Shown here: positions 29,092 to 41,563 of the stretch, piece after piece | Numbering within the stretch: position 1 is the stretch's first letter | Layout: each line of letters opens with the position of its first letter | Source of the DNA: Octopus sinensis | Lineage: Eukaryota | Reading direction: 5' to 3' | Length of the DNA: 64,000 nucleotides | Assembly (NCBI RefSeq): GCF_006345805.1 | Contig: NC_043015.1 | Span: forward strand, 40,176,001-40,240,000 | Translations under genes and position numbers: made by a program | Notes under the pieces: model-generated | What the model was told of the DNA's origin: nothing | Database searches by the model: none | The model's input: only the letters and a program-made list of their open reading frames with translations

Positions 29092-29249
29092 CTTTATTTA
29101 AAGCAGCAGAAAATTCTACAAAACCTGTTACTCTGAGTTTCACGTTGCCGTTCGTCGGACAGTTTTTGCTAGAAAAAACTGTCCAACGAACGGCAACGTG
29201 AAACTCAGAGTAACAGGTTTTGTTGAATTTTCTGCTGTTTTAAATAAAG
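29092..29249. mobile_element. Near-perfect hairpin (about 76 bp arms, about 6 nt loop), Penelope-like
   Basis: 29092-29167 vs 29174-29249; follows a TA repeat. Confidence 0.8.
29125..29162 (-). ncRNA. Minimal type I hammerhead, core CCGACGA
   Basis: Minus strand: CTGT [CCGACGA] ACG-GCAA-CGT GAA ACTC-A-GAGT A ACAG; GNRA-capped stem II, GUA triplet. The + arm copy (29179-29216) reads CCAACGA. Confidence 0.65.
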
Positions 29250-29326
29250 CATATTACTCTACCACTGGTATTTGAGTACTCTTTTTTCCATCTTGTTTCA
29301 CATTTATGTGTTTACTCCGGTATATG

Positions 29327-29360
<34 letters not shown>

Positions 29361-29434
29361 ATTATTACGGATTATAACATCAGTGTGTTTTGCTGGGTTT
29401 TATTTTAAATTCTAAATACCTGTGTTTACTCCGG

Positions 29435-29500
<66 letters not shown>

Positions 29501-29539
29501 CACATATCATCATCATCATCTGGTAAGGTACCTGATATA

Positions 29540-29581
<42 letters not shown>

Positions 29582-30462
29582 TCTTTATCTTTGTCGAACG
29601 TCAACTTTCCATGCTGGCATATATATATACACACACACACACATATATATATATATACATATATACATATATACACACATATATATTTATACATATATGT
29701 ATATATATTAGCACATAGAGTTAACATACTCAAAGTTGGCTCTCTAATATTTACGGATAAATATGAATTTGTATCCCCGGTTTTTTTGTGCTAGGTCGTT
29801 TGGTGTTAAAATAAGGGTATTATTAAATTAATATCTATAATTTTATTCACCCTCATTATTGAATGTATATATATATATATACACACACACATATCAGACA
29901 GACACGGATGTATGTGAGAATAGAGAGAGAGAGAGAGAGAAAGACTGACTGTTATTTTTAGATTCTGTTGGTCGTCCTTTTTTTCTACAGAGAATGGAAT
30001 CATGTATTGTTGACTGGTGAACCAGGAAACAGAAATAGCAGCTGTTGTTTGTGTGTGTGTGAAGGGCGGAACACAAATAAGCTGATAGAAATAATAGACA
30101 AGAGAAATGAGAGGAAGTTGTTTCAAGAGGAAGGAAAACTGAGCTGATGGGGAAGTGTGATGTCTATGGATGGAGGTCTGGGGAAGAGATGAGAGCTTGG
30201 TAAATAAGTGCCAAGAAGTCCAAAGTCAGTATAGCATGAAGTGGCTAAAATTGGTCCCAGAAGGTTGAAGCTGGTGGAGGGGATGGCAAAGCACCAGAAC
30301 ATGTGGTGAGATATCCTGGACTGGACAAGATCTCTCCAACTCATGCCAACATGGAAGAATAAATGTAAAGTGGATAGGTGTCAGCTGGGTAATGGGAAAC
30401 AAGTGGCACCACACATGTGCGTGCGCACACACACACAGAAACACACGCGCACACACAGAAAC

Positions 30463-30501
<39 letters not shown>

Positions 30502-30703
30502 ACACACACACACACACAGAAACACACACATTGTATATTCTTGTGTTTGTTCATTGTTTAGCAGTAGATATATCTGTATGTGTTTGTGTGTGTATTTGAG
30601 AGTATATTGTTTGTGTATGTGAGTATGTGTGTGTGTGTGTGTGTGCATATGTATGTGTGTGGGCGTATATGTACATATATATATGTGTGTATGGATATAT
30701 ATA

Positions 30704-30734
<31 letters not shown>

Positions 30735-30759
30735 GTATGTATGTGTATGTATGTATGTG

Positions 30760-30794
30760 TGTGTATATGTACATATGTGTGTGTGTGAAAATGT

Positions 30795-30846
<52 letters not shown>

Positions 30847-30951
30847 ATATGTACATATGTGTGTGTGAAAATGTGTTTATATATATATATAATATATATA
30901 TATATATTATGTATGTATATGATATATATGTTATGTGTATGTGAAAATTGT

Positions 30952-30997
<46 letters not shown>

Positions 30998-31023
30998 ATA
31001 TGTATGTGTGTGTGAAAAGTGTT

Positions 31024-31054
<31 letters not shown>

Positions 31055-31206
31055 AGTATATGTACATGGTGTGTGTGAAAATGGTGTTTTATTATATATT
31101 ATATATGTATGTGTGTGTTATATGTACATATGTGTGTGTGAAAATGTGTTTATATATATATATGTATAGTATGGGTGTGTACATATGTGTATATGTGTGT
31201 GTGAAA

Positions 31207-31245
<39 letters not shown>

Positions 31246-31352
31246 GCATGTGTGTGTATATGTACATATGTGTGTGTGAAAATGTGTTTATATATATATA
31301 TATATATATGCATGTGTGTGTGTATGTACATATGCGTGTGTGAAAATGTGTT

Positions 31353-31387
<35 letters not shown>

Positions 31388-31418
31388 ATATGTACATATG
31401 TGTGTGTGAAAATGTGTT

Positions 31419-31449
<31 letters not shown>

Positions 31450-31700
31450 ATATGTACATATGTGTGTGTGAAAATGTGTTTATATTATATATATATATAT
31501 ATGTATGTGTGTGTATATGTACATATGTGTGTGTGAAAATGTGTTTATATATATATATATATGTATGTGTGTGTATATGTACATATGTGTGTGTGAAAAT
31601 GTGTTATATATATATATATATATATATGCATGTGTGTGTGTATGTACATATGCGTGTGTGAAAATGTGTTTATATATATATATATATATATATATGCATG
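30760..31700. repeat. Compound minisatellite (about 60 bp units with variable TA run)
   Basis: Recurrent GTACATATGTGTGTGTGAAAATGTGTTTA(TA)n. Confidence 0.85.
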
Positions 31701-32263
31701 TATGTATATGTATATATGTGCATATATGTGTGTGTATACAATATGTGTGTTTACATATATGTATATATGCATAGGTTTGTGAGAGTGTGCGTGTTTATAT
31801 ATATATATTTATGTACATACGTATGTAAATATACAATTACAAGTGTATACAATATGCAATCTTAGTTTTAATTCCGCTTCCTAACAGCCAAATTCTTTAA
31901 AGCAGAACAATTTACAGAGAAATCTTTGGTAAGATATCAAAAGCTGGCATTTTGACACGGAAAACTTCAATACTAACCAATATTTTTAAAATTAATTAAG
32001 CGACGGTAATTGTCTTGTCAAAAATAATTAAACTTTATTGCTTCACTGCCTGCAACATTACAAAAATATTTTCTACAGTATTTTTACAGAACATCTTCCA
32101 TTTTCCCATTTTCTAAAACATTTTTTGTCTTTTGTTTTTTTTTTTTTTTTTTTTGTATTTTCCTATTCTCTGTTTGTTGATAGAATTTGTTGTTATATGA
32201 GACAAGAAGTCAACTGTTTGAATTATTTATAATGTTTTATCTTTGTTATTTTCGTTCCTGAAG

Positions 32264-32422
32264 AAGCCACTCAACAGCCTGTTTTTTGACGACCAAACAC
32301 GCCGAATTGATTTTGTGTTGGCTTTCAATAAAGAGTATGATGATGGCAAGAATGAGACCCGAAGACATCAGTTCGAAAACAGCTTGGAAAAGTTTGGACT
32401 GGAATTGGAATACGCACAGAAG
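32264..32422 (+). CDS. TMEM16: Anoctamin/TMEM16 family exon (N-terminal cytoplasmic dimerization region), phase 0-0
   Basis: Translates KPLNSLFFDDQTRRIDFVLAFNKEYDDGKNETRRHQFENSLEKFGLELEYAQK, matching the anoctamin motif F.D..R.IDFVL...R..FE..L...GLELE. Pyrimidine tract plus AAG acceptor (second AAG 3 nt downstream); GTATAA donor at 32423. Paralogue not assignable. Confidence 0.92.
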
Positions 32423-32526
32423 GTATAACTTTACACTCTTTACACACATTCACACACACACACACACACACACACTATATTGTGTATATATATATATATG
32501 TATGTAATATATATATATTATATATA

Positions 32527-32562
<36 letters not shown>

Positions 32563-32946
32563 TGTATGTATGTATGTATGTATGTATGTATGTATGTATG
32601 TATATATATGTATGTATGTATGTATATATATGTATGTATGTATATGTATGTATGTATGTATATGTATGTATGTATATATATATATAAACATACACACACA
32701 CTATATTATACAAACTTGTTGGCCATGGGCCCAAATCAAATAATAATTTATTAATACTATTAATATTATTGTTATTATTGTTGTTGCTGTTGTTATTTGA
32801 AAAAATATAAAAATTGAAAATTTGGAAGCATTATTATTATTATTATTATTATTATGAAGCACTGGGGTCGATGTAATCAACTGGTCTCCACCCACAAAAT
32901 TTCAGGCCTTGTTCCCTCAGTAGGAGCAAGAATTATTATTATTATT

Positions 32947-33273
32947 GCCTTTGTACAGCTTTTAACACTGAAGATGTACTACAGTGTCAGCTGTTCACTA
33001 CCAATGAACTAAAGTAACACCCCTTATTTTTCGAGCACCTTCCGGAGTATTCGAGCGGTTCCAAGCAGTGCTGTTTTCTGCAAGTGCTCCATCCTTATTG
33101 CAGCCCCTATTTGTTCCATATACTTCTCAAGATTTTTACTCACTGTTCCCTGGGCTCTAACAGTTATTGGTACTACTACCACCTTTTACAGCAACCACAA
33201 CTGCTTAACCCCACCCCAAGCTAACCTGTCATATCTATCGACTTTTCTTTCTTCCTTATCACATACCTTGTTG
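32947..33273 (-). mobile_element. 3' fragment of an R4/Dong-type (restriction-like endonuclease) non-LTR retrotransposon
   Basis: Minus strand: KEERKVDRYDRLAW..KQLWLL*KVVVVPITVRAQGTVSKNLEKYMEQIG...LQKTALLGTARILRKVLEK* with one internal stop; flanked on both sides by (TAA)n, the known Dong target. Confidence 0.8.
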
Positions 33274-33283
33274 TTATACCTTA

Positions 33284-33338
<55 letters not shown>

Positions 33339-33556
33339 GCTTTCTCATTATTTGGTGATAAGCATAAAAGCCATTGATACATTTACAAAACCATTGATAA
33401 GCCTACTAAATTATTGAGACTTGTGATTATTCATAAACCTAACACACACTTACACACACACACACATACTTATATACACATCTACCACCTACACATTCAC
33501 GTCATTTTGTATCAGTTTACTTAATGGTGGTGTTGTTGTTACTGTTGTTGTTGCAG

Positions 33557-33655
33557 GCCTTCAAGAAGAAAGTCATCCATTTTGTCAAGATCCATGCCCC
33601 TTGGGATGTTCTTTGTGTTTACGCAGAGTTTTTACATATGAAGATGCCTTTAGCG
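33557..33655 (+). CDS. TMEM16: Anoctamin exon, phase 0-0
   Basis: ttgcag|AFKKKVIHFVKIHAPWDVLCVYAEFLHMKMPLA|gtaag. FVKIHAPW.VL..YAE...KMP is a hallmark anoctamin motif; 99 nt. Confidence 0.96.
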
Positions 33656-33697
33656 GTAAGAAATAACCTCCTTTCTAAACACACACACACTACATTT

Positions 33698-33737
<40 letters not shown>

Positions 33738-33877
33738 TTCTATCCCTTGTTACCCCCACTCTTTCTTTCCCCTCATTCTATCTTACCCTCTCTCCTATTC
33801 CTTGGTGTATATTCAGTCTTAGGTAAAGTGTAGTAACTTGCTTTTCACACACAAATTATGTAAGGTAAAAAAAGGGC

Positions 33878-34193
33878 AAAGACCCCCTTCAGTCATGACT
33901 AACCATGGGATTGCACCTAGAAAGTTCCCCTCTGAGGCACAAGTCTGGGCAAGATTGTTTATAGAAGACCAGCAGTTGCCTATGAATACCAGCCTCCTCT
34001 CTGAATGCCACTGATGATGTCTAAGGGAAAGGCAAAGGGGCTGATACAGCTTGGCACCAATGATACCGCAACTCATTTCTACAGCTGAGTGGACTGGAGC
34101 AACGTGAAAATAAAGTGTCTTGCTCAAGAACACAACACAGAGCCCGGTCCAGGAATTGAAAGTCACTACCAACGATCTAACTGAGCCATGCAC
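33878..34193 (-). mobile_element. SINE-like family E
   Basis: Near-identical to 57225-57545 (CCCCTTC.GTCATGACT.AC.ATGGGATTGCAC...GGAGCAACGTGAAA...GTGTCTTGCTCAAG). Confidence 0.75.
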
Positions 34194-34396
34194 ATCTGTG
34201 TGATATTAGTTCTGCTCAAAACCTCATTTAGACAAAGGTCTATGCCTGTGTCATATCATCTGTTTGTGGACAATCCTTATATCTAGACCAACGTTTGTCT
34301 CTGTATGGCACCATCTAAAGATAGACAAACCTCTTTGAGACCAAGGTTTGTAGCTGTGTAAAACTATTTCTGATCAAAATTTCATTTAGACCAAGA

Positions 34397-34767
34397 CTAG
34401 CAGTATCACCCGGCATTGCTCGGGTTTGTAAGGGAAATAACTATATAAGCATTTTTAGAGATGTAAAGTATAATAGCCATCTCAATATGGCTAACCACAA
34501 AGCGGGGGTGTTACTGTAGCTTTTTACGTTCTGAGATTTAATAATAAATTTTTAGAGAGTTACTTCCCTTATATATGCCAAAAATACATTAAAAATGGGA
34601 AAAATTGATGGTAATTTTTTTTTTAAATCGTAGACTCATCGTGGACGCGTGCTAATACCCAGAAGGGCTCAATATGAATCACGACTATAAGATACGCGCT
34701 TTTGGTTAAACTGCACTGCAAAATGTGGGAGACAGACAGCACACAACCTTACTTTTATATATAAAGA
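34397..34767 (-). mobile_element. Non-autonomous Helitron
   Basis: Minus strand starts TC(TTTATATATAAAAG) and ends with the hairpin CCCGAGCAATGCCGGG then ...CTAG; inserted between A and T, no TSD. Confidence 0.85.
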
Positions 34768-35278
34768 TTAGTCTCTGTGGCACCATCTTTTTGTAAACAA
34801 ACCTTACGAAAAACCTTCAGTTTGTGTTTTATTATTTGATCTCGTCTATTCATCAACTGCTAAGCAATTGATTGGTTTAATTATGATAATTTAGATTGAG
34901 TACATTATCATCATCATCGTCATCATCCTTTAACGCCTGTTTCCCATGCTGGCATAGGCTGGACATACATCTGTATGAATAAAGGCGGAGTCTTTGTACT
35001 CGTTTTTTCCCTGTTTTTTTTTTGGCAATAGCATCAAGTCATTGCAGAACTTTGCATTCTTTAAAGTTACACAACACAGAGAAAACAACCACAGCAGTAT
35101 ATTTGTCCTGGTGAGGGTAGCAGCAAGCATTGCAAGGGAGAGGTGCCATCTGTCTCAGACAAATCATTTGTTTTATGGAATCTGAAAAAAAAAAAAGAAT
35201 TAATAATAACAATAATAAGTCAAAAACATAAGTGAAGAATTAGTTTTGAAATTATTTTTTTTCCCCCTTTTATTGTAG

Positions 35279-35406
35279 AAAAACGACATCAACGTTCCAG
35301 AAAGTTGCTTTGACAAACTCTACTCACCATTTAAGTTGGATTCTGATATTGTGAAAGAAGAAGATAACTATTTCACGGCACCGTTTAGTCAGGAGAGATT
35401 AAAACA
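35279..35406 (+). CDS. TMEM16: Anoctamin exon, phase 0-2
   Basis: Pyrimidine tract plus TAG acceptor; KNDINVPESCFDKLYSPFKLDSDIVKEEDNYFTAPFSQERLK(Q); GTGAGT donor. The FTAPFS motif is typical. Absent from the ORF track. Confidence 0.93.
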
Positions 35407-35454
35407 GTGAGTATTTGAGTTTTGTTTCTTGAGATTCTCAGAATTACATTTGAA

Positions 35455-35770
35455 TCTCTTTTAGTATTCACACCAACTCTTTTACCATTTGCACCAACTC
35501 TTTTAGCATTCGCACTGACTCTTCTTTAGTATTCGCACCAACTATTTTAGTCATTGCACCAAATCTTTTAGCATCCATTCCAACTCTTAGTATTCGCACC
35601 AAGTCTTTTAGTATTCACACCAACTCTTTTAGAATTTGCACCTACTCTTTTAATATTTATACCAACTCTTTTAGTTTTCGCACCAAATCTTTCAGTATTC
35701 ATTCCAATTCTTTTAGCATCCGTACCAACTCTTTTAGTATTCACACCAACTTTTAGCATCCATACCAATT
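35455..35770. repeat. 21-bp degenerate minisatellite
   Basis: CACCAACTCTTTTAGTATTCG-like units starting about 50 nt after the exon donor. Confidence 0.85.
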
Positions 35771-36200
35771 ACAAATTGTATTTCAATCGCACACTAATTC
35801 TAATATTAGACATTATAATCACATATTTGAAGCATGAAAGAATCACAGGCTTACCAAGGCACCCATGTATATATTCCTTGCCAGCTGACATAATTATCAA
35901 CTGCACTACAAAGCATCCACCCATCTACCAGTCCATCATAAATTTACCAGTTAACTTCTGTTACTTTTCTGTACTATTATACGCCTACACAGCAATTAGT
36001 CAGGACTTGCCAAGATAGACTATTCCGCTCATGTCTCATATATCATCGTTTGATATTTGTGGCAAGAAATAACCCCTTTTTCACGTTAAATATTAAAATC
36101 TTAGATGTTAATTCATAATTTACTTCTCTTCAGAATCCCAAGGGACAATGCTTCCTAGCCTTCTGCCAGAATTTGAAACTATTATTATTATTATTATTAT

Positions 36201-36788
36201 TGAGTGAGAGAGCAGTTCATGCCATCAAAGTGACATGGAGTAAAATATATGAAGCCCAGTATACCCATCATGACTACCCGTCTGATAAGGGTACACTAGG
36301 CACATGCATCACAACCATATGTGCGCGACATGGTGATCTCATATAAAGATAAACAGCACATGACCTTGCAGGTGGGGCCCAGTTAGAATTTTCTTCAGGT
36401 CAAGTAACCCATCCCACTCAAAAGGTCCCTGAATAACGGATGCTTATAGATGTTGAATGAAACACCCATGTTTCTAAAGGTGAATTATCCAAACCTCAAA
36501 GACTTCCTTTCAACACATGGCTATGATGTTCCCCCACTACTTCTGCTCATGATTAGAGATGCACATATCGTCAGCCACCAAGGGACATGCTCAACTGGTT
36601 ACGGTCAAACAACTGACAAGCAAATCTGTGGTATTGAGCAGAATATTTGCTGTAGCCCATCTTTTATACCAAGACAAAACAATGTACATGATAACACTTC
36701 CAATCAGTTAAGATCAGAAGCCATGAGAGCCACTGCCTGGTACTGCATCAGGGGGCATGGCCCCTGCCTGGTACTGCATCGGGGCATT
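36201..36788. mobile_element. Unclassified insertion in (TAT)n
   Basis: About 590 bp complex segment bounded by TAT repeats, ending in a duplicated GCCTGGTACTGCATC.GGGG motif; no coding motif recognised. Confidence 0.45.
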
Positions 36789-37439
36789 ATTATTAAGTGG
36801 TTGTGAGAATTGTTTCCATGCCAGGCAAAATTCTTAATGGTATTTCACCCAACCTTATGGAGCTAAATCTTAAACAAGACACACCACTCTACATATCTAA
36901 CCTAATTATCTGTGTTATAAATTGTAAAGCATTAAACCTTGGACAAGTCACACAACTCACATATTTAGCCTAATCATTACTGATTGGTATGAATCTCAGT
37001 TCTCAGTGATGTTGTGACATTATCTTATATAGCTTCTTAATTCACCCATCACTTTCTCATCATATGACCACCACTCCCATCAACACCAGTCTATTTGAAA
37101 ATACTAGTAGTAGTAGTAGTAGTAATAGTAGTAGTAGTGATGGTGGTGGTAGTAGCAGCTGTGAAGGTTTATTCAAGTGCAAGGTGGGCTCTCCCTACCC
37201 ATTCTTGTCTTTCCCCTCTGCTCTAACCTCTATCTCTTCCTTCCATCTCTAGCCTCTCCCGCTCCCCATCTCTCACTTCTGCCTTCCTCCCTCGCCTCTT
37301 CCCTCCCTCTCACCTCTGCCCCACTTTCTCTAATGAATTAAGCATATAAACATATAAAACCTCTCTCATTTATTTGCAAAAGGATCTTTTTATTTAGATG
37401 TGCACACATTGCCCACATCTTCAGCAAATAAGGCCTGTT

Positions 37440-38010
37440 GAGTTGTAGTAGAACCCCTGAGCAGTTGCATAGCCCCTGAGCAGCTGCAGAGCCCCTGAGC
37501 AGCTGCAGAGCCCCTGAGCAGTTGCAGAACCCCTGAGCTGCTGTAGAGAATTTGAGCAATTTCAGTGCAGCTGAGCACTGTATACAATGAACTCATTACT
37601 ATTATGAGTATTTTAAGTTCCAGACCCCCTGAGCAGTTGCAGAATCCCTGAGCAGCTGCAAAGCCTCTGAGCAATTGCAGAGCTTCTGAGCAGTTGCAGA
37701 GCCCCTGATCTGCTGTAGAGAATTTGAGCAATTGCTGTATGCTTGAGCAGTTGCAGAATTCCTGAGCAGTTGCAGAATTCCTGAGCAGTTGCAGAGCCCC
37801 TGAGCAGTTGTGAAGCCTCTGAGCAGTTGCAGAGCCTCTGAGCAGTTGCAGAATTCCTGATCTGTTGCATAGCCGCTGAGCTGTTGCAGAGCCCTTGGGA
37901 AGCTGCAGAACTTCTGAGCAGTTGCAGAGTCCCTGAGCTGCTGTAGAGAACTTGAGCAATTACAGTGCACCTGAGCACTGTATACAATGAACTCATTATC
38001 ATTACGAGTA
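37440..38010. repeat. 20-bp minisatellite with a higher-order duplication
   Basis: CTGAGCAGTTGCAGAGCCCC units; the non-repetitive terminator CTGAGCACTGTATACAATGAACTCATTA occurs twice (37571, 37972). Confidence 0.88.
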
Positions 38011-38779
38011 TCTCAAGTCTCAAATGCTAAATAGACTTTTTTGTATTTCTTGCTAATTGACATCCATTGAGCCAATAAATCAAAGCTTTTCTGTCCGGCT
38101 CTAATGAGGGAGATACTGTAAGTGCGAGGTGTCAATCATCTTAATGAATTAAAATCCATTTTACGCTTGATTAATTATCCTAAAACAGACTCCACCCTTT
38201 TACATACGGAAGATTGATTAGTTTAAGTTATCGATCCGGTTTGTTTAGTCTCTGCAATGGAAATACATCAAGAATAGAAATGTAAGCTGCTTTCCTGATC
38301 GTTCCTCGCCAAGTGGACACATTGTGCTGACAGGAGACACGGGGTGGGGTGGGGTGGGGTGGGGGGCTTGATCATGTGACCCTTCCCCCCTGAAGTGAAG
38401 AAAGCAATTATGTAAACTTTGTTGTATTGTCACAGGTTTTAACGTAGGAATGGTGTCTTAGTGTCCTTAAGGAGAGAAAACAGAAATTAACAAAAGACGA
38501 ACACTGGCATTTCTAAGGTGTTATCTCTCTTTCATTTCGTACAAGGAAATAATATTGTTTCTGTTGTCATGGAGACTGGGTTAGTTCCGATTGTTGTTGT
38601 GTAACAATGGTCAGATCCATTTGAACAAAGGTTGGTTATAAATGTTCTTGCTAAGGTTGTTGTTAATGTGACAATGGTCAATTTTGTTGTTGTTCTTGCT
38701 AATATAGACACGATCACTCTTGTTGTTGTTGTGGTCAGCCATACTCTCATTTTGAATTTAGATATATTGTAGCAGTTGT

Positions 38780-39600
38780 GTTATTGGTGTTGCTAATGTG
38801 GCCTGGGTGAGTTTTGTTCAGGTGGTAGTTGTTGCTAATGTAGCCTGGGTCAGTTTTATTGTGGTGGTAGTTGTTGCTAATGTGGCCTGGGTCAGTTTTG
38901 TTGTGGTGGCAGTTGTTGCTAATGTAGCCTGGGTCAGTTTTGTGGTGGTGGTGGTAGTTGTTGCTAATGTAGCCTGGGTCAGTTTTGTTGTGGTGGCAGT
39001 TGTTGCTAATGTAGCCTGGGTCAGTTTTGTTGTGGTGGTAGTTGTTGCTAATGTGGCCTGGGTCAGTTTTGTGGTGGTGGTAGTTGTTGCTAATGTAGCC
39101 TGGGTCAGTTTTGTTGTGGTGATGGTAGTTGCTAATGTAGCCTGGGTCAGTTTTGTTGTTGTAGTGGTGGTAGTTGCTAATGTAGCCTGGGTCAGTTTTG
39201 TGGTGGTGGTAGTTGTTGCTAATGTGGCCTGGGTCAGTTTTGTTGTGGTGGTAGTTGTTGCTAATTTAACCTGGGTCAGTTTTGCTGCTGTGGCTAATTT
39301 AGCTAAGGCGAGCACTGCTGGGGTTGTTGCTAATTTAATCAAACTCCCTTTTATTGTTGTTTTAATTGTTGCTAATTTAGCCATTATCAGTTCTGCTGTT
39401 ATAGCAAGAGTTTCTGTCGACAATTTAATGTGGGTCAGTTCTCTTGTTGCAAGCATTGCTAATTTAGTCTGCTTCAGTTTTGCTGTTGCAGTTGTTGTTA
39501 ATTCAGCCAAAGTCAGTTCTGTTATGATGTTGTTGCTAATTTAGCTTCTATTGTAGCTGAAGTTGCTGTTGCGAATTTCAGCCTGGGGCAGTTTTGTGGT
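38780..39600. repeat. 39-42 bp minisatellite degenerating 3'-ward
   Basis: GTTGTTGCTAATGTAGCCTGGGTCAGTTTTGTTGTGGTG units. Confidence 0.9.
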
Positions 39601-39897
39601 TGTGATTGTTGCTAATTCATTCCGGTTTGTTGCTAAACATCACATTCATTTCTTGTTGAACAAGAATAATATATTATTGATGCCGTTATTGTCATTGATG
39701 GAGGATGTTGCTGACACAGCTATGATCAGGCTCTGAATAATTAATCTAATTAGGACCTGCTGATAACAAACTATTCTAATATTCATCAATGTCTCTATCA
39801 ACTCAATATTCCAGGCCTTCCCCACCTCCACCCCCATGCCTTATCACCAAATTATTGCTACTGGGAGGTACAGCGGGGAGCTGCAACTATTATTATT

Positions 39898-39909
39898 AGT
39901 AGTAGTAGC

Positions 39910-39953
<44 letters not shown>

Positions 39954-39981
39954 CAACGGCGGTAGTAGTAGTAGCGGTGGC

Positions 39982-40058
<77 letters not shown>

Positions 40059-40183
40059 CAGCAGCAGCAGCAGCAGCAGCAGTGGCAGTAGTAGTAGTAG
40101 TTGTAGTAGCAGCAGTGGCAGTAGTAGTAGTAGTAGTAGTAGCAGGAGCAGTAGTAGTAATAGTAGTAGTAGTAGTAGTAGTA
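39898..40183. repeat. (GTA)n/(GCA)n trinucleotide tract
   Basis: Directly visible. Confidence 0.95.
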
Positions 40184-40632
40184 TAATTAGTATTATTAAG
40201 TAGTGATATAACTACACCAATTAATAACTGATTTTTTCTGATAATCCTCTAGAGTGGTATAGGGATTATCAGATAATCAAATCCCTCTGAAAGTAGTGAT
40301 GTCTGTTGGTGCGTTCGATGGTTGGTAAGAAACACTGTGCTGACCATTTCAGCCTGACAGAAATTGAAATGTTTCGGTCAATGTGGCACCAGGTCAAGGG
40401 TTTCGGTTCTGCAGGGCAAAATGCTTTGTTTTCTTAGCTTCTCGCTTGGATTTGATCTCAGAACCTTAGGGTATCATGTGTGGCACTCCAGAACAGTGAT
40501 GTGGGACTATTTCTCTGCAGTGGCCCACAACATCTAGTATACTGTCTAAAATCAAAAATTGGTGTTCTATTTCAAACTACTACAGCAACAACCATAATAA
40601 TAATAATAATAATGATAATAATAATAATGATA

Positions 40633-41053
40633 TAGGCGCAAGAGTGGCTGTGTGGTAATTAGCTTGTTTACCAACCACATGGTTCTGGGTTCAGTCCCAC
40701 TGCGTGGCACCTTGGGCAAGTGTCTTCTACTATAGCCTCAGGCTGACCAAAGCCTTGTGAGTGGATTTGGTAAACGGAAACTGAAAAGAAGCCCGTCGTA
40801 TATATGTATATATATATGTGTGTGTGTGTGTGTTTGTATGTCTGTGTTTGTCCCCCTAGCATTGCTTGACAACCGATGCTGGTGTGTTTATGTCCCCGTT
40901 ACTTAGCGGTTCGGCAAAAGAGACCGATAGAATAAGTACTGGGCTTACAAAAGAATAAGTCCCGGGGTCGAGTTGCTCGACTAAAGGCGGTGCTCCAGCA
41001 TGGCCGCAGTCAAATGACTGAAACAAGTAAAAGAGTAAAAGAGTAAAGAGTAA
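40633..41053 (+). mobile_element. SINE family B copy
   Basis: Colinear with 2700-3110; repeated AAAGAGT tail. Another tail begins at the window end (about 63962). Confidence 0.85.
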
Positions 41054-41344
41054 ATATAAAGATAAAATCTTTCTTGATTTGGGTGGGGTGGGAGGTGGGA
41101 ATCTCCAGTTGGAGCCAATCAAAGAATTCCCACAGATTGAATACCCCTGGTTACCAAAAACAAATGCATTTTCCCAATAGTATATGACCTACAGATATAG
41201 GCTGGTTCCATCCAGTTTTGCCATTTATTTTTCAGAAGTGGTTGGAACTAAAAACTAATGTAGCAAATGGTAAAATAAAAACGGTTCAATGGTTTCCTTG
41301 TTTCTGGCGTCTTGCATTCAGGAAGCAGTTATTAATGTATAGAC

Positions 41345-41563
41345 CAGTGCTTTTCAAACTTTTTGCTGGAGTGGAACCCCAAGGGAACATTCCACTGGCC
41401 CGAGGAACCCCTGTGCAATAATTTAATAGTCTTATGCACACATATCTGCACAGGAGAATTAAAAATTACTGCCGATTTTAACAGTTTTGTAACTTCTTGC
41501 AGAACCCTTGGACTGTACTGGCAGAACCTTACGGTTCCGGGGAACCCTGGTTGAAAACCACTG
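41345..41563. mobile_element. hAT (Charlie-like) MITE, 219 bp
   Basis: TIRs CAGTGCTTTTCAAAC / GGTTGAAAACCACTG; perfect 8-bp TSD GTATAGAC (41337-41344 and 41564-41571). Confidence 0.88.

Noticed and set aside
37390-38023. Overlapping 120-190 aa ORFs with repeated CNCS/QLLR motifs
   Set aside because: Product of a 20-bp minisatellite read in rotating frames.
38798-39544. 248-aa and 230-aa ORFs on opposite strands (the Thr-rich one looks mucin- or antifreeze-like)
   Set aside because: They are a stop-free 39/42-bp minisatellite inside an intron, with no signal peptide or splice context.
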